20,000 nucleotides of DNA. Origin: an uncultured bacterium. Lineage in GTDB: Bacteria; CAYUVA01. This document shows positions 13,739 to 20,000 of the stretch, one piece after another. How positions within the stretch are numbered: position 1 is the first letter of the stretch; each line of letters begins with the position of its first letter. The position numbers were made by a program, and so were the translations under genes. The notes below the pieces were generated by a model, which saw only the letters and a program-made list of their open reading frames with translations, did no database searches and had not been told where the DNA came from. The stretch spans positions 57,447 through 77,446 of the forward strand of contig CAYUVA010000019.1 in assembly GCA_964448115.1 (NCBI GenBank). Direction: 5' to 3'.

Positions 13739-15427
13739 ATGCTCAGGGAGTTACATGTAAGGAACCTAGCCGTAATCGAGGAGATCAGCATCATCTTCGA
13801 CACTGGATTCACCGTATTCACTGGCGAGACTGGTGCAGGGAAATCGATCATCATTGATGCTATCTCGCTTGCTCTCGGCTCTAGGGGGAGTAAGGACCTG
13901 GTGCGCACTGGCTGCGAGTCTTCTATCATCGAGGCACGCTTCGAGATGGTATCCGGCTTGAGAATAAAGGAGCTGTTAAAAGAGCGAGGTATTCCGAGTT
14001 CGAGCGATGGTGAAATCTACATCCAACGCGAGATCGGTGAGGGGATCTCCAGGTGCAGGATCAATGGCAGCATGCAGCCTTTATCAGTCCTTGCCGAACT
14101 CAGCCAATACCTGGTCGATATTCACGGTCAACACGAGCACCAATCGCTTCTTAGGGAAAAGATGCATTTGGCATTTCTCGATGAAATCGGGGAGTTACAA
14201 GGCTTAAAAAGAAAGTACCAGGGGGCGTATCAGAGATACATGGAACTGGGATCAGAACTGCAAGCTATGCGCGACAAGGAGGCAGAGCGCAAGCGGCGAA
14301 TGGATATACTCCGCTTCCAGGTGGAGGAGATCCGCGCGGTCGATCCCAAGCTAGGCGAAGATGAGGAACTTCAAGCTGAGGCAGCAGTGCTCGCTAATGC
14401 ACAAAGACTGATCGAGCTGGCAGGACAAGCCTGGCAGCAGCTTGATGACATCGAAGGCTCGGTAATGGATAAGCTGAGGTTTATTACTAGAAATCTTGAA
14501 GATATCGCTATTTTAGATGCCAGGCAACAGAGCATGATCAATACCTCAAAGGAGGCGATGGTTCTACTGGAGGAGCTGAGTTACTCACTGCGAGACTATA
14601 TTCAGTCCATTGACTATAATCCAGATCGTCTTTACGAAGTGGAGGAGAGAATAGCCACCCTGCAGGAGCTTAAAAGAAAGTATGGCAATACAATAGAAGC
14701 CGTGCTCGATTATTATTCTGAATCCCAAGATGAGCTGAGCGATCTGGAGAAGTTCGAGGTGAGAATGGAAAGCTTGGAGTCGGAGTTCAATGAGCAAAAA
14801 AGGGAACTGCTAGCCCTGGCCGAGGGACTTACAAAGAAAAGAAAAGAGGCAGCAACCAGGCTAAAGGACGAGGTTACCAAGCAGCTTGGCGATCTCGCCA
14901 TGGCAAAGACCGGCTTCGAGGCTGCCTTCAAGAATGATGATATTCCCCTTGAACAGCGAGTTACCGCCAACGGCGCCGATAGGGTTGAATTCCTCATCTC
15001 GCTAAATCCTGGAGAGGCGCTGCGGCCAATGTCTAAGATCGCCTCTGGTGGCGAGCTATCAAGGCTGATGCTCGCCTTGAAGGTTAGCCTAAGAAGGGCT
15101 GATACGATTCCTACCCTCATATTCGACGAGGTTGACGCTGGCATCGGCGGAGCCGTGGCTGAGGCGGTGGGACAGAAACTGAAAACCATCGCCGATGGAA
15201 GGCAGGTGATCTGCATAACACACCTGCCCCAGATCGCTGCCCTGGCTGATCATTTCATCAAGATCAACAAGCTCCAAAAGGAAGGGAGAACTTATGTAGA
15301 GGCAAGCGCCCTGCATGGGGATGAGATAGTGGAGGAGCTTGCTCGGATGCTTGGCGGAAAAAAGGTAACCGAGATCACTCGAAAGCACGCCAGGGAGTAC
15401 CTGGCCCAATCTGTAATGAAAAATTAG
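13739..15427 (+). CDS. recN: DNA repair protein RecN
   Basis: Walker A 'TGETGAGKS', 'VDIHGQHEHQSLL', coiled-coil middle, signature 'ASGGELSRLMLAL', Walker B 'LIFDEVDAGIGG', 'QVICITHLPQIAA', 'ELARMLGG'. Confidence 0.98.
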   Translation: MLRELHVRNLAVIEEISIIFDTGFTVFTGETGAGKSIIIDAISLALGSRGSKDLVRTGCESSIIEARFEMVSGLRIKELLKERGIPSSSDGEIYIQREIGEGISRCRINGSMQPLSVLAELSQYLVDIHGQHEHQSLLREKMHLAFLDEIGELQGLKRKYQGAYQRYMELGSELQAMRDKEAERKRRMDILRFQVEEIRAVDPKLGEDEELQAEAAVLANAQRLIELAGQAWQQLDDIEGSVMDKLRFITRNLEDIAILDARQQSMINTSKEAMVLLEELSYSLRDYIQSIDYNPDRLYEVEERIATLQELKRKYGNTIEAVLDYYSESQDELSDLEKFEVRMESLESEFNEQKRELLALAEGLTKKRKEAATRLKDEVTKQLGDLAMAKTGFEAAFKNDDIPLEQRVTANGADRVEFLISLNPGEALRPMSKIASGGELSRLMLALKVSLRRADTIPTLIFDEVDAGIGGAVAEAVGQKLKTIADGRQVICITHLPQIAALADHFIKINKLQKEGRTYVEASALHGDEIVEELARMLGGKKVTEITRKHAREYLAQSVMKN

Positions 15428-15449
15428 CATAGATATAGGATCGATAAAA

Positions 15450-16208
15450 ATGTCGAAGAATGCAAGAGATGAAGCAAAGACCGAATTCCAGGCTCAGGTA
15501 ACCGATCCCAAGGCAGGGGCGCTAAAGAAATACATGGATATCGTGCTTGGAAAACGCTCGCTTTTGAGGCTGTTCAAGTATGAGATCATCATGCTTTTAT
15601 GCAACAGCCTGCCGGGGATGTTCGGATATGCAATGCGCAAATTCCTGTACCCAAGGCTGCTTGGCTCCTGCGGCAGAGGCACCCAATTCGGACGAAACAT
15701 AACCATTCGCCATCCCCACAAGATACATATCGGCGACAACTGCATAATCGATGACTACTGTGTGCTCGATGCCAAGGGGGATGACAACACAGGTATCACG
15801 ATAGGGAATAATGTAATCATCGCTCGCAACACGGCACTTTCTTGCAAGGGCGGATATATCAAGATCGATGACAACAGCAATATCAGCCTTAATTGCATGA
15901 TCATCTCGGAGAGCAAGGTTGAGCTAGGCAAGAATATCCTCATCGCCGCTTACTGCTATATCATCGGCGGCGGAGCGCATGACTTCGAGAGAACCGATAT
16001 ACCGATAATACAGCAAAGCTCGACCAAAAAAGGGATATTCCTGGAGGATAACCTCTGGCTAGGCGCAGGGGTCTTTATCATGGATGGGGTTACCGTGCAT
16101 CACGACTCGGTCATTGGCGCCGGGGCGATCGTGAACAAGGATATTGAGCCATGGTCGATTGCTGTAGGAGCGCCGGCAAGGGTATTGCGAAAGCGCCAAC
16201 ATTCTTGA
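15450..16208 (+). CDS. Hexapeptide-repeat (left-handed beta-helix) O-acyltransferase
   Basis: Repeats IGDNCII, IGNNVII, IDDNSNI, LGKNILI, LEDNLWLGAGV. CoA-binding end 'VIGAGAIVNKDIEPWSIAVGAPARV'. Confidence 0.9.
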   Translation: MSKNARDEAKTEFQAQVTDPKAGALKKYMDIVLGKRSLLRLFKYEIIMLLCNSLPGMFGYAMRKFLYPRLLGSCGRGTQFGRNITIRHPHKIHIGDNCIIDDYCVLDAKGDDNTGITIGNNVIIARNTALSCKGGYIKIDDNSNISLNCMIISESKVELGKNILIAAYCYIIGGGAHDFERTDIPIIQQSSTKKGIFLEDNLWLGAGVFIMDGVTVHHDSVIGAGAIVNKDIEPWSIAVGAPARVLRKRQHS

Positions 16209-16220
16209 TTCATCGAGCTT

Positions 16221-16961
16221 ATGAACAAAGAAAATAAAAAGGTGCTGATCGTAATTCCCACCTACAACGAGAGGGATAACATAAAAAGGCTTATCGAGGA
16301 GATACTCGGTATCGATCCCGGATATTACATCCTGGTAGTCGATGATAAATCTCCGGATGGCACCTGGGAGATGGTGCGGGATTTAGAAAAGCAAAATCCG
16401 CAGGTTAAACTGCTGCTTAGAGAGGGACCTCGTGGTCGTGGCTTGGCGGGAATAGACGGCTTCAGGTATGCCTTGGACCTTGGCGCTGATTATATTATCG
16501 AGATGGATGCAGATTTCTCACACCATCCGAGGTATATACCCGACCTGCTCAAGGGTCTTGAAAACGCGGACTTCGTTCTTGGCTCGCGCTTCGTGCCCGG
16601 CGGCAAGGATATCGAGCGAGGCATTCATCGGAAGCTGATCAGCAAGCTGGCAAACGGATATGCCAGGTGGCTTATGGGGGTTAAGATAAGGGACTGCACA
16701 TCCGGATTCCGTGCTTACCGCAGGCAAACCCTGGAGGGGATCAAGATTTCTGAGATCACCACCTGGGGACCTGCCGTGCTTAGCGATATTTTATACCGAA
16801 TCCAGCTTAAGGGCTACAGCATGGCAGAGGTGCCGATTACATTCTATGAGCGCTCTGCCGGCCAATCGACCCTGACCGCCAGGATACTGCTCGAAGGCTT
16901 GTGGAATATACTTCGTCTTAGGCTTGCAAAGCGAAGAATTTTGAAAACATTGGAGCGCTGA
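16221..16961 (+). CDS. Polyprenol monophosphomannose synthase-like glycosyltransferase (GT2, DPM1-like)
   Basis: 'IVIPTYNERDNI', 'VVDDKSPDGT', 'EMDADFSHHP', 'VLGSRFVPGG', 'DCTSGFRAY', 'EVPITFYERSAGQS'. Confidence 0.9.
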   Translation: MNKENKKVLIVIPTYNERDNIKRLIEEILGIDPGYYILVVDDKSPDGTWEMVRDLEKQNPQVKLLLREGPRGRGLAGIDGFRYALDLGADYIIEMDADFSHHPRYIPDLLKGLENADFVLGSRFVPGGKDIERGIHRKLISKLANGYARWLMGVKIRDCTSGFRAYRRQTLEGIKISEITTWGPAVLSDILYRIQLKGYSMAEVPITFYERSAGQSTLTARILLEGLWNILRLRLAKRRILKTLER

Positions 16962-17001
16962 TTTAATTACCGTCTATTCGGAATAAATATTATCATCAAT
17001 C

Positions 17002-17502
17002 TTACTTGAAGTTCTTGAACATTATTATAGCATCCTCGCCGTTGTCGAGATAGTAGCCCTTCTTTATTCCCGTCTCCTTGAAGCCGAGGCTCTTGTAGAG
17101 CCTTCTAGCAGTATAGTTCGATGGACGAACCTCCAAAAAGCAACGATTAAAGCCGTAATCCCTGCAATAGCTAAGGCACCTGTTCATCAAGAACCTGCCA
17201 AATCCCATGCCGCGATAGGGCTTATCGACCGCCAGGTTAATGATATGTACAACACTCACCTGGTCAACGAAAATGATATATCCATAGATCTCTTTTAGAG
17301 CTTGCTTGTTCACCAGCAGCCAGGGATGCACGATCGGGTGAACCAGTATCTCCTCGATGTAGAACTTTCTGCTCCAGGGGCTTGGATAACAAGCCTGCTC
17401 TATCTCCATAACTCGCTCCAGGTCAGGGTACTGCATGGGGCGGATGGTCAGATCACTGGGATCAATGTAGTGGCTCCCCCTATTTTGTTGTTCCACTGCC
17501 AT
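17002..17502 (-). CDS. rimI: Ribosomal protein S18-alanine N-acetyltransferase (RimI family GNAT)
   Basis: 'IEQACYPSPWS', 'HIINLAVDKPYRGMGFG', 'FLEVRPSN..ARRLYKSLGF...G..KGYY...GEDAIIM'. Confidence 0.9.
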   Translation of the reverse strand: MAVEQQNRGSHYIDPSDLTIRPMQYPDLERVMEIEQACYPSPWSRKFYIEEILVHPIVHPWLLVNKQALKEIYGYIIFVDQVSVVHIINLAVDKPYRGMGFGRFLMNRCLSYCRDYGFNRCFLEVRPSNYTARRLYKSLGFKETGIKKGYYLDNGEDAIIMFKNFK

Positions 17503-19834
17503 TATTGCTTCCTTTGAGCAACTTCTCTAGCCGGTGAGCGATGTCCCGATATTGTCGATTGATCCTAGTTCGATTGCCCTCTAGGCTTCTAATGCTACCA
17601 TCTTTAGCCAAGTAATTACAAGCATCGGCGATCTTCTCGGTAGAATAGTAATCGAGAGCCTTCTTTATGTGTCTCCAGGCAACCTCACGCTCTGGATGAA
17701 TGCTAACTGCCTCAAGCAACCTTTCCAGGCTTTCTTTGAGCCGGTCGCTGCCGGCGAACAGATCCCCTTGCTCACAGTAAACCTCATAAAGCAAGTTTTG
17801 GTCGATATTATTGGCAGCAAGCACACTATTTAGGGTCTGCTCGGCTGCTTTCTTTTCTAAGAGCAGGTATAGTATCTTTCCCTTTTTCACCTGTAGCCAT
17901 AGGTTTTCAGGTTGAAGGCTGATCGCTTTATCTATGGCTTGCAAGGCATCTCTCTTCTCCCCCCGCAAGATATGGATCTCTGCCATCAAATCCCAGTATT
18001 GGTGCATCTCCTGGTTAATGACATCGCTTCCATGCAGCAGCTCGATGACCTTTTCCCATCGTTTCGTAGCCAGGTATGCGGAGGCAAGCTCCAATAGAAG
18101 CGGAAGGGGAAATACCTTCCCTTTGATCTTGTACTTTCTTTGAATAGCTTCGAGAAAGCGAATTTCCCTGCCCAGTTTCCCGATACTTCGATAGCCCTCA
18201 GCTATCCCAAGTATAAGTTGAAAATTATCGGCATCCAGTCGGGCTGCTTTCTTGTAGAGCTTGACCGAGGATTCATACTCTCCACGCCTGGCTAAAAGCT
18301 CTGCTGCCATTGAGATAGCCTTGATTTTCCTAGGCTCGACCTTGATCGCAAAGCGCAGCGTCTCCAACGCCAGGTCATGCTTGCCTAGCCCTATCGCAAT
18401 CTGCGCGCTCTCGCAAAGCTCATCGTATTGCCTAAGCTCCTGGAAAGGGTTCTTTATGCCGAGCAATCTGACCAGGCGGTATAGTGCCCGTAGCCTTTTT
18501 CTCCGCTCCAGGAGCGTATTTCCTCCATCGCTGGTGTACCAATAGTCCGAGTTTAGCGAATAAGATCCCTCCACAATACCGAAGCGCCGTGGATGGTTGT
18601 AAACCGGGGTTCTCTCAATGACAGCCAACATGCCGATGGAGCCGATGCTCTGTATCCGATTTCGGTGCTTGATCAGGAACCAGAATGTCTTGAGCAGGTC
18701 CCAGCGTGTCTCTCCTGGGAAACCGACCAGAAGATTGATATCGATGCCCAGCCTTGCCTTGCGCATATCCTTAAAGACCCTATCCACGGTCTTGAGGTTT
18801 TGGTTTTTGTTCATCAGCTTGAGCACCTTAGCGCTTCCGCTCTCGATGCCGAAGTCTAGCGATGTGCACCCCGCCTTTTTCATCTTGCGCAAAAGCTCGA
18901 TATTCATCGCCCGCATGGCGCGAGCATTGCCGCCCCAGGAGAACTTGTAACCACCCTTGATAATAAGGTCGCAAAGCTCATCCAGCACCTTCGGATTGCC
19001 GTTGATCAACTGGTCGGTGAAGCTGTAATTGGGAATGCGGTATTGCTGGTAATGTTCGACCATCTCCTTATAGATATTCTGTGCGCTCCGGGTGCGATAT
19101 TTCTGCCACAGCGCCTTCTCCGGGCAAAACGAGCATGAGTATGGACAGCCGCGACTGCCCAATATCGGCATCACATTGCTATGCTGATAAAGCGAGAAGT
19201 CGTAGTCGCTGAAATCAGGAAAGGGGAGGGTGTCGAGATCTGGGATTAAAGAACGCGGGGGAGATTCGATGACCTCGCCATCACGCTTTATGATCGCTCC
19301 TGGCATCGGCTCCAAGACCCGGTTGCGCTGAATGGCTCTCGCCAGCTCAACGATGGTCTGCTCCCCCTCTGAGAATACCACCGCATCGACCTGGGGCGCC
19401 TTTATTAGCGACCTGCCCCGTATGGCAAGGGAACACTCCGGTCCCCCGAAGATGATAATTGTTCGTGGATTCTCTTTTTTTATCATTTCAGCCAGGTGCA
19501 GGCTGTAAAGACGATTTGCGCAAAATACCGAGAACCCAACTGCATAAGGTTGTTTGTCAAGGATCTCCCTTACCCAGAGCCGATTTTTCTGCTCGAATCT
19601 GATCTTAAGTTCAGCGAAATATGTCTCATACTCCCAGAGGTGGTAGTAGTTGTCCTCCCAGTATTTTTTAAAATCTGGCTCGATCCTAAAATAAAGGTCG
19701 ATGCTCAAATCACTAGCCTGTACAGAATATTCGGCAGCTCGCAGGCTTGAGCTGATATATGCAAGCCCGATCGGAGGACTAGGCAAGCCCCACGGTGGAG
19801 CCATCAACAAGATGAAATCGCAATTTTCAGACAT
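17480..19834 (-). CDS. Cobalamin-dependent radical SAM enzyme with C-terminal TPR repeats
   Basis: B12-binding N-domain ('PPIGLAYISSSL', 'VGFSV', 'IIFGGPE', 'EGEQT'), CxxxCxxC 'RGCPYSCSFC', 'GIESGS', 'LVGFPGET'. C-terminal ~300 aa of TPR-like helices ('GEYESSVKLYKKAARLDADN', 'GEKRDALQAIDKAISLQPEN'). Confidence 0.9.
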   Translation of the reverse strand: MSENCDFILLMAPPWGLPSPPIGLAYISSSLRAAEYSVQASDLSIDLYFRIEPDFKKYWEDNYYHLWEYETYFAELKIRFEQKNRLWVREILDKQPYAVGFSVFCANRLYSLHLAEMIKKENPRTIIIFGGPECSLAIRGRSLIKAPQVDAVVFSEGEQTIVELARAIQRNRVLEPMPGAIIKRDGEVIESPPRSLIPDLDTLPFPDFSDYDFSLYQHSNVMPILGSRGCPYSCSFCPEKALWQKYRTRSAQNIYKEMVEHYQQYRIPNYSFTDQLINGNPKVLDELCDLIIKGGYKFSWGGNARAMRAMNIELLRKMKKAGCTSLDFGIESGSAKVLKLMNKNQNLKTVDRVFKDMRKARLGIDINLLVGFPGETRWDLLKTFWFLIKHRNRIQSIGSIGMLAVIERTPVYNHPRRFGIVEGSYSLNSDYWYTSDGGNTLLERRKRLRALYRLVRLLGIKNPFQELRQYDELCESAQIAIGLGKHDLALETLRFAIKVEPRKIKAISMAAELLARRGEYESSVKLYKKAARLDADNFQLILGIAEGYRSIGKLGREIRFLEAIQRKYKIKGKVFPLPLLLELASAYLATKRWEKVIELLHGSDVINQEMHQYWDLMAEIHILRGEKRDALQAIDKAISLQPENLWLQVKKGKILYLLLEKKAAEQTLNSVLAANNIDQNLLYEVYCEQGDLFAGSDRLKESLERLLEAVSIHPEREVAWRHIKKALDYYSTEKIADACNYLAKDGSIRSLEGNRTRINRQYRDIAHRLEKLLKGSNNGSGTTK

Positions 19835-20000
19835 ACTTGATCATAAAATAGGGTCCCTGTGTCCTGTTTTGACACAATATCAGAAAGTTATCAAACCTTA
19901 TGCCGACCCTTTTTTATTTTCTCAGTGAGTGGAGTTTGGCTCAAATCTATCAAGAGGGGATTTAGGGAGGTGTCATTCCACAGATAATTCATGAACCTTT

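Noticed and set aside
2-15427. scpAB plus SMC-like recN as a Wadjet/MksBEF-type system
   Set aside because: The genes are about 13 kb apart in different transcription units, RecN is canonical, and there is no JetD/MksG nuclease.
1-20000. Frequent TCGA/ATCGAT words
   Set aside because: Largely explained by ATC-GAN and CTC-GAN codon pairs. I cannot show enrichment without computation.

Overview
Bacterial chromosomal window of about 50% GC. TamB suggests a diderm organism; I cannot assign the lineage from sequence alone. Layout: a housekeeping run (scpA 3' part, scpB, acyl-CoA dehydrogenase, gltX), then a 134-nt structured intergenic region and a GNAT-fold gene. Next is a stand-alone TamB/AsmA-family gene on the minus strand. 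Divergent from it lie three exported proteins: an SdrD-B/SGNH hydrolase, an LPP20-like lipoprotein and an FN3-metallophosphoesterase-Ig protein. After these come recN, a hexapeptide acyltransferase and a polyprenol-P-mannose-synthase-like GT2, and finally, convergent, a B12 radical SAM-TPR gene coupled to rimI. Two signals stand out. (1) The two otherwise unrelated secreted enzymes end in the same ~90-100 aa C-terminal domain after Pro/Thr linkers (P-x-ILL-x-G-[WY]-W ... YYQG-xx-TG-x-YL ... P-x-G-x-PP ... WP-x-L), a candidate protein-sorting or surface-anchoring module. (2) A riboswitch-like leader (promoter, three-way junction, terminator/SD-sequestering hairpin and a competing hairpin) lies between gltX and the GNAT gene and matches no RNA family I recognise. 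No tRNA, rRNA, CRISPR array or intact mobile element was seen.
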